IMG/VR virus record: IMGVR_UViG_3300009678_000111
Location: 1 to 32,448 of that record
From: a virus
Taxonomy: Duplodnaviria > Caudoviricetes
Reading direction: 5' to 3' (one strand)
Length of the DNA: 32,448 nt
The notes beneath the pieces were generated by a model that did no database searches, was not told the origin of the DNA, and worked only from the letters and a program-made list of their open reading frames with translations. The position numbers and the translations under genes are program-made. Below are positions 17,113 to 26,386 of this stretch, piece after piece (position 1 is the first letter of the stretch; the number at the start of each line of letters is the position of its first letter).

Positions 17113-17622
17113 TTAGAATCCTATGAAGTAAAAACGCCACCGACCATTGACAGCTACGTTACTAGCTTGCGTCTTGACCTTGATGGTCACCTTCGCATAC
17201 TGCGTAAACGTCTGGAAATTCCAGTATCGTGCCAATGATTTCCCCGGCAAAACTACCAAGCTGTCTGTCGTCGCATATGGCCCAAGTGGAGTTGCTGCTG
17301 TATTGTAGGCATATCCATTCTGGGACGTACACGAGCCACTGATGTAAGCAACGATAGTGTCACCGGTGTTGTTCTCAAAAGCCCAAGCAACAACATGGAT
17401 CGTATCGCTTGTCGCTGCATACTTCGATCCATACAAAGCAAATGGACCCTTGGTGATCGTTACCGAATCGTTCGCTGTTGTCGTAACCCAATTCTGGTTA
17501 AACAACTCCCGAACGTAGAAGTCATTGGACCCGCCGACTCCTACACGATTGCGTACCACCCCTTGAGCTTGAAGCCCTACGGTGAGTACGAGAACACTGA
17601 GCAATGCTAAAATGTACTTCAT
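17113..17622 (-). CDS. predicted secreted beta-rich protein (Sec/SPI signal peptide)
   Basis: MKYILALLSVLVLTVGLQA|QG: basic n-region, hydrophobic h-region and an Ala at the likely cleavage site. Confidence 0.7.
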   Translation of the reverse strand: MKYILALLSVLVLTVGLQAQGVVRNRVGVGGSNDFYVRELFNQNWVTTTANDSVTITKGPFALYGSKYAATSDTIHVVAWAFENNTGDTIVAYISGSCTSQNGYAYNTAATPLGPYATTDSLVVLPGKSLARYWNFQTFTQYAKVTIKVKTQASNVAVNGRWRFYFIGF

Positions 17623-17634
17623 TGTTGTTGTTCC

Positions 17635-19116
17635 TTAGGAGAAGTCGACAATTTGGAGATAATCAGTGTAGCGACGCTCAAGACCCTTGATGCCGATCCA
17701 CTCTTCCTTCTCGGTCATTTGACCATTCAAGCCGTCGTGCTTGTAAACCTGCATGTCCCAACCTTCATGCGTAACAGGCAAGAACGTAGGCTTCGACATA
17801 TCTACCAGCATACCGTGCATGTCGTGACCTGTCTCGGTAAACGACCAGGATGGATGGATGTAAACCTGACCACCGGACATCTCCAGAACGTCTACCGGAA
17901 TGTCGAAGTCACGGGAAGCCTTTTCGTCATAGCGCATGAAGCCCGATGCGTAGAAGTGCTTCTTGAAGGCATTGTGAACACCGATACCGCAGAACAGGTG
18001 TCGGGTCTCTGATCCACCGAGAGAGAAGATTTGTGTACCCAGATCGAGGGTATTGGCATATGAGATCGACCCGGCAGGATACTTGATGATATGGTCGGAA
18101 TCCTTAGGCACCGACTCCCAAGCACCACCCATCATGTAACGTACACGACCTGAGGAGTCCTTGGTCTTGTTCTTCTGTGAGAACAGGAACGTGCGCTCCA
18201 TGTGGATCGACTTCTGCAGCGTCAGGAGCATCTTCGAGATCTCCGGTTGCTGCTTGTTCAACCATGAACGCTCAATCGAAGACTCCTTAGTGAAGTCCAG
18301 AGCGTACTTGAATTCCTGTGTGAAGTTGTTGTCCACTTCCGCTGTCTTGTGGTATCCCGTAGCTGGACCAGAACCTTCTGTCCACACTGGCATACCTTGG
18401 AAGATGAACATACCCGACGTGATTGCGCCCTGATCGCCATTAGCAGCTACACCCGTGTTGATGATGCCCTGTGGGATTTGTCCGCCGCCGAAGTCACGGC
18501 TATGAGGACCACGTGCTGTACGCTGTACAGTGATCGTGGTATTACCTACCGAAGCCGAGTCTGCTAATCCTACCGAGAGGATAAGCATTTGCTCGTGATC
18601 TGTATACCAACGGTTAGGATTACCCGGGGCTTGGCCAAACGTCTGGCTGTAGTTTACAGCAGTTGTTTGGAAGCCTGCCGATGGATCCAATCGTGGGTAT
18701 GGACCCGGACTCGCTGGCAGTGCGTTAGCACCTGTCACCTGACCCAAGTAGAGGTTGACCAAGTCAATCGCTACATACAGGTCCCTGACGAAGAAAATGT
18801 CATTGGGCTGGAAATACGCTGCATACGAATTCGGAACACCGAATGTCGTGTGGTTGTTACCGACGACCGAAGACACCGTTACCGGCACCAGACGTTCGTG
18901 TTCTGCGATCTCCACTACGCGGTGCTCACGGCTTCCTACCATGCGCTTACCGGGGAAACGCGAGCTGATCATCCACATGAAGCGTGTTGCGCCTCTTGTG
19001 ACGAAGGAGAGCTGCGTCGAGTTGTCGTACTGCTTCAATCGCTCAGGGATCGTGGTACTGGTGGCTAAACCAGGCCAGGTTGACCCTTCTTCTTGATGCT
19101 GCGGTACTAGTGCCAT
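17635..19116 (-). CDS. major capsid protein (HK97 fold, DUF5309/SU10-like) with large insertion
   Basis: 493 aa following portal and scaffold. Motifs EGS.......NNFTQEFKYALDFT, MERTFLF and GRVRYMMGG resemble the N.tQif / E..ll.g / R.tgG pattern of this capsid family. Confidence 0.8.
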   Translation of the reverse strand: MALVPQHQEEGSTWPGLATSTTIPERLKQYDNSTQLSFVTRGATRFMWMISSRFPGKRMVGSREHRVVEIAEHERLVPVTVSSVVGNNHTTFGVPNSYAAYFQPNDIFFVRDLYVAIDLVNLYLGQVTGANALPASPGPYPRLDPSAGFQTTAVNYSQTFGQAPGNPNRWYTDHEQMLILSVGLADSASVGNTTITVQRTARGPHSRDFGGGQIPQGIINTGVAANGDQGAITSGMFIFQGMPVWTEGSGPATGYHKTAEVDNNFTQEFKYALDFTKESSIERSWLNKQQPEISKMLLTLQKSIHMERTFLFSQKNKTKDSSGRVRYMMGGAWESVPKDSDHIIKYPAGSISYANTLDLGTQIFSLGGSETRHLFCGIGVHNAFKKHFYASGFMRYDEKASRDFDIPVDVLEMSGGQVYIHPSWSFTETGHDMHGMLVDMSKPTFLPVTHEGWDMQVYKHDGLNGQMTEKEEWIGIKGLERRYTDYLQIVDFS

Positions 19117-19138
19117 TTAAGTTCCTCTTATGTCGTTC

Positions 19139-20203
19139 TTACCACTTAGGAAAACCGTTTTGATTTCGATAGTACTCGTCTTTGAAACTACTTGTGGGAG
19201 CGGCTTTCTGTTCTTCCTTAGACTTCTGGATCACTTCGTCTTTTACTCGTCCAGCTTTCTTAAGGTCACCGACAACGCCCTTGCGTCCTTCTACTCGTCC
19301 TTGCTCGAGAGCCTCTTGTCGTACTTTTTCAATGTTCACCGCCAAGTACATTTCATAGAGTCCAATGTTTTTTGTCGGCAGATCAGCAACGAATTTCTGA
19401 TACTCTTCTTTGTTGATTCCTGCCTGCTCGAACGGTTTGTACTCTTCTTCAATGATACTGTCTAGTTCTTGTTGTGTCAAGTTCGATGTCTGAGGCTTCG
19501 CATTTGGATCATCTTTGAGAGTCTGAATGCGTTTAATTTCTTGGTCGTATTTGGCTTGTGCCTGTGCTTGGTCTGCTTGTACTTGTTGTATGAGTTGCTG
19601 GTGCTTCTGAACAATGTTGTAGGACGTAGAGCCAAGTTTGAATTGCTCTGTAGGATCAAACATATCCGACCAATTCTCACCGAACTCTTCTGACATTTTC
19701 GCTTGAACAACTTCGTTCATTTCATCTGTCGTGCGAAGCTGGATGCCAAGCTCTGCTGCTACTTCCGGCATATGAATACGGACAAACTCTTTAGGATTAT
19801 TCCGCATCGCTAAGAACCGTTCACGGTCAGCGGCTATTTCCTGATCAGTTTGAGAAAGCTCTTTAGTATACGCTTGTGTAAGGGCATCCAAGAATTCGGG
19901 GGATTGAATGCTACCCACGAGTTTTTCGTATGCTCGTTTATAAGGTGCAACATCGTCGGTGTCATTATCAGTTTTGGTTGGACGATACTCTTCGGAAAGC
20001 CACTCAGGCATGACGAAATCCCCGTCCACCACTCCGTTTTCTGTCTCTGCTGGTTGTGTCTCAGACGCACCAGATGTTTGCGGTTCTTGATTGGTAGTCT
20101 CCTCGACATGCTCTCCTCCTGTTTGCTCTAGAATGGCCTCGGCAATCGATTGATTCCAAGGATTAGACTCAACGTACATCCTCTCTTCTGTTGGCTCTGG
20201 CAT
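19139..20203 (-). CDS. capsid scaffolding protein
   Basis: 354 aa, very acidic N-terminus and Q/E-rich coiled coils, located between portal and capsid genes; AAGGAG SD. Confidence 0.75.
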   Translation of the reverse strand: MPEPTEERMYVESNPWNQSIAEAILEQTGGEHVEETTNQEPQTSGASETQPAETENGVVDGDFVMPEWLSEEYRPTKTDNDTDDVAPYKRAYEKLVGSIQSPEFLDALTQAYTKELSQTDQEIAADRERFLAMRNNPKEFVRIHMPEVAAELGIQLRTTDEMNEVVQAKMSEEFGENWSDMFDPTEQFKLGSTSYNIVQKHQQLIQQVQADQAQAQAKYDQEIKRIQTLKDDPNAKPQTSNLTQQELDSIIEEEYKPFEQAGINKEEYQKFVADLPTKNIGLYEMYLAVNIEKVRQEALEQGRVEGRKGVVGDLKKAGRVKDEVIQKSKEEQKAAPTSSFKDEYYRNQNGFPKW

Positions 20204-20211
20204 GATTCTCC

Positions 20212-22500
20212 TTATGTAAGATTGTCTACGGTGATTGACGATGCATCTTTACCGACGTTGCCACCGTGATACTCAAGCTCACGTTTGTCATCGGCCATCT
20301 CGATAGCTTGAATCTTCAAGTCCTTGGCATGTTCTACTTCCATCGTAGCCTTGAGCTTCGTTGTCTCAAGTTCTGCTTGGAAGGCTTGTTGTTGCATTTG
20401 CGCTACCTGTTTGCCAAGGTCGTCGACTTCTTGCTGTAATTGCTGTGATTGCGACTCAAGCATCTTCACAGTGTCGATGTCAGCTGCGATCTTATCTGCC
20501 TCCGGTATATCCGAATACCTGAGCATAGCCTTTGTAAGCAAGTCAGCCACAGCTTCGTTCTTGGTCTGCCCTGAGACAATGGCAAGAATTTGTGATGCCA
20601 TAGCACGAGCTGTAGGCAAGTTCGAAGTCATGTTCACACGTACCTTGAACTTCATGTCCTCACCACCGGCAAACAACTCAAGCTCTTTCTTGTCACCGTT
20701 CTCATCGAAGTACTTGAGGACTTTGTCTTTTGGTGCATGCGCCTGTAAGTACGATACGACAACATAAGCGAAACGCTCCATTGACTGCTCCATGTCACGG
20801 GCGTAGAGCTTTACTCTCTGTGTACCGAATGTCTGCATTGACTGGATGCCACCAAAACTGTCAGGCATAGGAGACGTGTTCTGTCCTTGCACCATCGGTC
20901 CGATACCCGTGATGTACTCGGCTAAGCGTACCAGCATGTCAAGTAAAGACTGCAATGCCGGTGAGAGTGCTTGGTTCTGAATTACCTCAGGCTTACCACC
21001 GTTCTGCAGGTTCGGATTAGGCAAATACGCTATCCACGCTCCGGGCATCGACCACTTGGATTCTACCTTGTCAGCATCAACGAGACTACCATCGGCATAG
21101 AGAACTTTTGGTGCTGCCTCGATGGAGACAATGTAAAGGATCAGCGACCACACTTTGTTCATCGCTTTTACGATGTCTTTGATGTAGTGGGTGATCGAGA
21201 AACAACGGTTGAAGCTATTGAAGAAGTTGCCCGTAAACGGTATCAGAGGTATCTCCTCGCATGGCACGATGTCTGTTTCAATAAGACGGTTACCTATGAG
21301 CAAATACCTACGTACTCTTTTCTGACGTGTCTTGCTGATGCTAAGAACCGTCACCATCTCACCGCTTAGGGTCTCGAGTTCGAATGCATCCAAGAAATCC
21401 GGCATCTGTGCGTACTGGAGTTCTGCCTGCTTGAGCTGCATACCAAGTTGTTCTGCTTGTCCGCGAAGTTCATCGAAGCCTTCTTCTGCCTGTGCTTTTG
21501 CTCCCAGAGCTGCCATTGGGTCTTGAGGCTGGTCTATGTTCTCCTCGATTGCAGAAGCGGCTCCTGATGCTGCTCCTAGTCTTTCCACAATGCCTTGTCC
21601 TTCCAGACGCATAGCTTCAATCTGCATACCCAGTTCACCTTTGTCGGCGTTGGGTACTTGTGTAGGCGTAGGTTTCTTCGTTCCGACTTCACCCTCAGGA
21701 CCGAGGTATACAGTCGTAATCTCCTTGCGGTAGAATTCTCTGATCCACACAGTCTTCCACTTATCATCTTTACCGCCAGAGTCACCATCGGTAGCCATGA
21801 AGTAGTTGGTCTGGTCTATCACCGGAGATTCGGTAACCAGTCCAGCCCAATTCTGCAGCATGTCCTGATCAGTATTGGTAATCTTGATATCGTAGTATTT
21901 CTCAGCCTTGGACTTAAGCATAGGCCGAGCGATACATGCTACTTCCATGTCCGAGCAATCACGCTTGACAGCTGTGGGATCGACGTAGACATCTTGCCAG
22001 GGGACTTGCTCGGAGATAACATTGAAGGTCGACTCGGAATAGAAGTTGTCTACTCTGATGTGGAGCCATCCCAAGCCACTACCATATGCTTCTGTCGTAA
22101 CAGCACGAACCTTGTCGTTCATCTGATTTTCGTACCAAAAGGCATTGAACAATTCTTCGTACATCATGGAGAAGTCACGGGTAGACTCACTCGTACCTAT
22201 CAGTCGTGGATAGGGTTTACTGCCTGTGAGCATGGCCACTTGCTGTTCTACGATAGCGTAGTTGATCTTTGTGGATATTGGGATTTTGTATTTGTCGTCA
22301 ATAAAGGCTAATTGCACCTTATCCAGCTGTGATCCCGTGTGGTCTACATCCCCGTAGAAGAATTCCTGATCCTCCTTCATGCGTCTGTATGGAGACGACG
22401 GTTCTGAGGCACTTGTAGGATCGCTTGTATTGCCATTCCGAGCTGATGTCATAGCTCGAAACCATGTATTTAATTCCTTAACGGATTGAGGAATTTCCAT
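20212..22500 (-). CDS. portal protein (P22 gp1-like)
   Basis: 762 aa. EDQEFFYGD..Q, YGSGLGWLHI, VYVDPTAVKRDCSDM, IPLIPF, IKDIVKAMNK and EYITGI, ending in a Q-rich coiled-coil barrel: P22-like portal pattern. Confidence 0.88.
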   Translation of the reverse strand: MEIPQSVKELNTWFRAMTSARNGNTSDPTSASEPSSPYRRMKEDQEFFYGDVDHTGSQLDKVQLAFIDDKYKIPISTKINYAIVEQQVAMLTGSKPYPRLIGTSESTRDFSMMYEELFNAFWYENQMNDKVRAVTTEAYGSGLGWLHIRVDNFYSESTFNVISEQVPWQDVYVDPTAVKRDCSDMEVACIARPMLKSKAEKYYDIKITNTDQDMLQNWAGLVTESPVIDQTNYFMATDGDSGGKDDKWKTVWIREFYRKEITTVYLGPEGEVGTKKPTPTQVPNADKGELGMQIEAMRLEGQGIVERLGAASGAASAIEENIDQPQDPMAALGAKAQAEEGFDELRGQAEQLGMQLKQAELQYAQMPDFLDAFELETLSGEMVTVLSISKTRQKRVRRYLLIGNRLIETDIVPCEEIPLIPFTGNFFNSFNRCFSITHYIKDIVKAMNKVWSLILYIVSIEAAPKVLYADGSLVDADKVESKWSMPGAWIAYLPNPNLQNGGKPEVIQNQALSPALQSLLDMLVRLAEYITGIGPMVQGQNTSPMPDSFGGIQSMQTFGTQRVKLYARDMEQSMERFAYVVVSYLQAHAPKDKVLKYFDENGDKKELELFAGGEDMKFKVRVNMTSNLPTARAMASQILAIVSGQTKNEAVADLLTKAMLRYSDIPEADKIAADIDTVKMLESQSQQLQQEVDDLGKQVAQMQQQAFQAELETTKLKATMEVEHAKDLKIQAIEMADDKRELEYHGGNVGKDASSITVDNLT

Positions 22501-22521
22501 TTCATTCCCGGGAGGTATGTG

Positions 22522-22947
22522 ATGTTAAAGATAAGGATACGCTCTGCGACAGGGCAACTAATTGAATTGCCGGCATCGCATGGCGTAACAATTGAATTCG
22601 TTGATACAGAGGTAATAGAAAGACCAGAAGAAGCACAGAACGAATTCCCGGAATATGCTGACCCACCAATAAGCGAGATGATGGAACTTGAGTTTTACAA
22701 GACTCAACACATGAAGCAGTATCCAAAGTCTCCCTCGCTCTCACTTGAGGACTACGAACGCAATATCTACGCTACACCAGATATGATTAGCTGGTTGTGG
22801 CACATCATGAAACACAAAGCTGTTGTCAGAGATGTAGTTAACCAATGGTGTAAAGAATTAGGTATGAAGCGCATCAACGAGGAGCTTCGTGCTAAGAGTT
22901 ACGTACACCTAATATTCCGTGCCATGAATTACAGTCGAGGAGGTTAA
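22522..22947 (+). CDS. hypothetical protein (~141 aa)
   Basis: Start moved to ATG 22522 (MLKIRIRS), preceded by a GGAGGT SD; this also removes the overlap with the portal gene. Confidence 0.7.
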   Translation: MLKIRIRSATGQLIELPASHGVTIEFVDTEVIERPEEAQNEFPEYADPPISEMMELEFYKTQHMKQYPKSPSLSLEDYERNIYATPDMISWLWHIMKHKAVVRDVVNQWCKELGMKRINEELRAKSYVHLIFRAMNYSRGG

Positions 22948-22949
22948 TC

Positions 22950-23315
22950 TTGCACGACACAAGAATGAAACCGCAGCTAGATCAGTACCTGACGTACCTC
23001 TTGAAAGATGCCGATGTACCCGGTCTAAAGTTTAATTATCAAGACAACCTCTACCTGGCTCAGCTCGTTAGCTACGTACAGACAAGAGTTCCATACGTGA
23101 ACTCTGTCGACATGTACCATGCTTTAATTCTTCTATCGTTGAAGCTTCTCAAGATCGACGTACTCGACGACAACGCCTGTGAAGTTGTATGGAGCATCGA
23201 CGTTAATGGCCGTATGCGTCCACACATCGATTACGATAGCACTCTACATGTACAAAACCCTGCCTTGCAGGACATCTTCACCCACACCTACCTGTTCATC
23301 GAAAGGTATCTATGA
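22950..23315 (+). CDS. hypothetical protein
   Basis: TTG start with GGAGG SD (alternative ATG at 22965); ATGA overlap with the next gene. Confidence 0.65.
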   Translation: MHDTRMKPQLDQYLTYLLKDADVPGLKFNYQDNLYLAQLVSYVQTRVPYVNSVDMYHALILLSLKLLKIDVLDDNACEVVWSIDVNGRMRPHIDYDSTLHVQNPALQDIFTHTYLFIERYL

Positions 23316-24217
23316 GCCTACTCGCAACCTTGGACGAAGCACCGGCACTGCCACGTCCCAAGAATCTCTTTAAGGAGCAAACCGTCGAGCCGCTGTACTC
23401 AGTGCAGTCTCGGAAAATCCTCATCCTCGGTGAGAACGGAGCCGATCATGTCGTGAAACAAGGAACGATTACGGCTGACTATCAAGCGATTGTTTCTTCC
23501 GATACAGAAGAACTGATTACTATTGCCAGCAAGCAATACAAAGCTGTTCAAGATCAGTACATCGATGACGCTATCATGAAACTGATCGAAGGCACACAGC
23601 AATCCGAGAACCCTTTGCGACTCTTAAAACGAGTACATCCTACACGGTGGTCTACAGAGTGGGGTATCGTCGAGACAGTACCATCGTTCAACATCCCAAC
23701 GAAAGACTCGCAAGGTGTGTACTTCACCATACAAATCTCGAATTCGTATGATAAGTCCGGTGCTTTGAAGCTCGGAGCCGGATTTACAGCGATCTACTGC
23801 GGTAACTACTTCAATTATGGTTATCGCAAGACCAATGAACGCGATGTATCGCTGAAACACACATCCGGCAAAGACCTTGAAAATGAAGTGATAGCTGCAC
23901 TTCTGAAAGGTTCCGAGATCCGTCAGACAGCTATTGACATAGTTTCCAAGAACCTCGACCGTGACTGGCTTCTGGCTCGTAATGCTACAGAAGATTTCTT
24001 GGAAGTACGCAAACCACTCTTGGAGTATGGCGTTGAATCACACATTGAGAAGTTTCGGCAGATCGTTAAGAGAGATGTTCCTGTTTACGGAGACTCAAGT
24101 TTCAATGTGTTTATGTCTGCTACCGAAATGGCTACGTACTACGACCACTACCAGATTCCGTTAGCACTTTCGAAGCAACTGCAGAAAGCTGTTTCGACAA
24201 CATTCTTCAACAACTAA
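23312..24217 (+). CDS. DUF932-like phage/plasmid protein
   Basis: ISNSYDKSGALKLGAGFTAIYCGN...SLKHT fits the DUF932 pattern NShDgs........g..r.vC.N....rH. Confidence 0.7.
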   Translation: MSLLATLDEAPALPRPKNLFKEQTVEPLYSVQSRKILILGENGADHVVKQGTITADYQAIVSSDTEELITIASKQYKAVQDQYIDDAIMKLIEGTQQSENPLRLLKRVHPTRWSTEWGIVETVPSFNIPTKDSQGVYFTIQISNSYDKSGALKLGAGFTAIYCGNYFNYGYRKTNERDVSLKHTSGKDLENEVIAALLKGSEIRQTAIDIVSKNLDRDWLLARNATEDFLEVRKPLLEYGVESHIEKFRQIVKRDVPVYGDSSFNVFMSATEMATYYDHYQIPLALSKQLQKAVSTTFFNN

Positions 24218-24483
24218 TGAACTTTCGAAAGAAAGCTCAGAAGATTTTCAAGGTCGCCGAAGTTTCGGGTGCGAGTGATCGGTACGCTGTCGTATCGAAT
24301 GCCTTGCATCCGAAACAGGTGCTTTTATGTGAGAGTATCGAGGAAGCAAAGAAACAAATGAAGTACCAACTACGGGAGAAACATGCCACGCTCATCTACT
24401 GCTATGACCTCGAAAAAGAAAAAGTCCTCTGGACCAACGATACCGACGCACCCCGGAGGCTTGCCCTTCTTGATAGAGCCTGA
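24217..24483 (+). CDS. hypothetical protein (88 aa)
   Basis: TAATG-coupled to the upstream gene. Confidence 0.6.
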   Translation: MNFRKKAQKIFKVAEVSGASDRYAVVSNALHPKQVLLCESIEEAKKQMKYQLREKHATLIYCYDLEKEKVLWTNDTDAPRRLALLDRA

Positions 24484-25009
24484 GGAGCCACTTGAGAAAC
24501 CACTGAAAAGGCGTGGTGTTGGTGCTGTGGCTAAGGGTGGTCGGAATGAGAAGAAGACACATCAATGGTTAGAACAGCACGGTTACACTGTGTACACAAA
24601 ACCACGTATGGGGCACAAGGCTAAGAGTGTAGACATCTTTGGATTGTTTGACCACGTTGCAGTAGCACGTAATCATCCCGAAGTAAAACAAGAGATTCTA
24701 AAGCAGTTAGAAGAAAACAGACTTGTAGCTCTTAACTCTGTCATTTTCATTCAAACCAAGACTAATAAACTGCCGAGCAGGAGAGTAATAGACGAAGAGT
24801 ACAGAAGTTTTAATCGTTCGCACTTTACAGGTGAGACACGTACAACGTATCCATCTGTAGCAATATTCGTGTGGAAGGACAACGACAACCACCCTTGGAT
24901 ATTACCAGTACGAAAGTTCATAGAAGATGGATCTGATTGGATCCTTCAACGACACCCTGACAAACTCATCGTTTCTAAAAAGGTAAAGCAAGATGCAACA
25001 GCTGAGTGA
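24383..25009 (+). CDS. Hjc-like PD-(D/E)XK nuclease, putative Holliday junction resolvase
   Basis: KGGRNEKKTHQWLEQHGYTV...DIFGLFDHVAV...FIQTKT matches the archaeal-type Hjc G...E......L...G..V / D / Q.K motif. Start uncertain (24383 or 24404). Confidence 0.72.
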   Translation: MPRSSTAMTSKKKKSSGPTIPTHPGGLPFLIEPEEPLEKPLKRRGVGAVAKGGRNEKKTHQWLEQHGYTVYTKPRMGHKAKSVDIFGLFDHVAVARNHPEVKQEILKQLEENRLVALNSVIFIQTKTNKLPSRRVIDEEYRSFNRSHFTGETRTTYPSVAIFVWKDNDNHPWILPVRKFIEDGSDWILQRHPDKLIVSKKVKQDATAE

Positions 25010-26345
25010 TCCGGTAACGGAGTCTTTAGTCGTTGGGCTGGCGATGTACGCCCACAATCATCGTGATGTGAATCCGATGATACTCGATGTTGAAGATTTC
25101 TTTGAAGCTCGGTACGTACATCTGTGGCAAGTGATTCTTTCCCTGTGTGAAGAAGGGCTGAAAACAGACTCTATCACAGTATGGAATAGGTGTCAACGAG
25201 ACAACGTACCCGGATGGACGCTTGCGTCTCTTACAGAACACGCTGCTGCTGCTGTTTCTCCTTCGTTGTTCTCTCAATATGCTCTACATCTCAAGGCATT
25301 GGCTAAGAGACGTGCTACAGTGCGACTACTGGAACATACGCTACGCTCTCTAAAAGACGCTCCTGATGCGTTTGAGGAGCACGTAGAGGGTATGCAGGAG
25401 AAACTGCACAGTATCATCACTTCGAATAGCGGAACCTTGATGCAGTCTCAGCAAGAAGCATCACTGGAAGTAGTCGACAAACTATTCGAAGATACTCCTG
25501 ACTCAACGATCTCGACGACACTACCTGAACTCGACGACATTATAGCAGGACTGGCTCGTGAAGAGTTGGTGATTGTGGGTGGTCGTCCGGGAATGGGTAA
25601 GACTGCATTGGTAGTGTCTATGATATTAGAGATGGCTAATGAGAATCCTGTGATGTTCTTCTCGATGGATATGGGTAAACATCAGATATGGCATAGGATG
25701 TTGTCACAGGAGACGAAAATCAATCTCCTGAGATTCAAACGGCGTAAGGATCAGCAACCGTTTACCATGCTCGAGCAAGAGGAACTCCGTCAAGCGCGGT
25801 TGAGGCTACTACAGAAGCACATGCACATCGATGACTATGGATACTACAGCCTAAATGCTCTTCGTGGACGGATACAGCAGATCGTAGCACAGCACAGCAC
25901 CAGAACGATAGTCATTGATCACATCGGTAAGATTATCGCCAAAGGTGCTTTCAGTCGAGAGAGAGAAGTAGGGGCTATCGTAGAGTCATTAAAGCGTATG
26001 GCAAAGGAATTCAATGTGTCTATCGTAGCTCTGTCGCAGCTCTCTCGTGGAGTAGAAGGACGTGCCGGTGAAGGAGGACACAAGCGTCCTCAGATGTCGG
26101 ACATGCGAGACTCGGGATCGATAGAGCAAGAGGCCGATATAGTACTCATGCCATACCGCCCTGAGTACTACAAGCTCAAGACATGGGAAGACGGTACCTC
26201 GTGCATGGGGCAATTGGATATCATGGTTGAGAAGAACAGAAACGGACCTATAGAGAGCTGTCGAGTAGGATTTGTCGGCAACATTGCACGGGTTGTCTCT
26301 CGGAAGCTACCGACAATACCATCGTTTGCAGATATGGACGAATAG
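24993..26345 (+). CDS. dnaB: replicative DNA helicase DnaB
   Basis: N-terminal helical domain, Walker A GRPGMGKT, FFSMDM, IVIDH, LSQLSR, RPQMSDMRDSGSIEQEAD and KNRNGP. Confidence 0.96.
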   Translation: MQQLSDPVTESLVVGLAMYAHNHRDVNPMILDVEDFFEARYVHLWQVILSLCEEGLKTDSITVWNRCQRDNVPGWTLASLTEHAAAAVSPSLFSQYALHLKALAKRRATVRLLEHTLRSLKDAPDAFEEHVEGMQEKLHSIITSNSGTLMQSQQEASLEVVDKLFEDTPDSTISTTLPELDDIIAGLAREELVIVGGRPGMGKTALVVSMILEMANENPVMFFSMDMGKHQIWHRMLSQETKINLLRFKRRKDQQPFTMLEQEELRQARLRLLQKHMHIDDYGYYSLNALRGRIQQIVAQHSTRTIVIDHIGKIIAKGAFSREREVGAIVESLKRMAKEFNVSIVALSQLSRGVEGRAGEGGHKRPQMSDMRDSGSIEQEADIVLMPYRPEYYKLKTWEDGTSCMGQLDIMVEKNRNGPIESCRVGFVGNIARVVSRKLPTIPSFADMDE

Positions 26346-26386
26346 ATCGGTCTTACCACATCACTTTGTACACAAAAGGAGTAATC

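Noticed and set aside
17-22311. Plus-strand ORFs over the structural module (e.g. 17-247, 18589-19068, 21595-22311)
   Set aside because: They are antisense shadows of well-supported minus-strand genes and show no recognisable motifs. The Cys-rich 17-247 ORF mirrors an Ala/Gln-rich gene.
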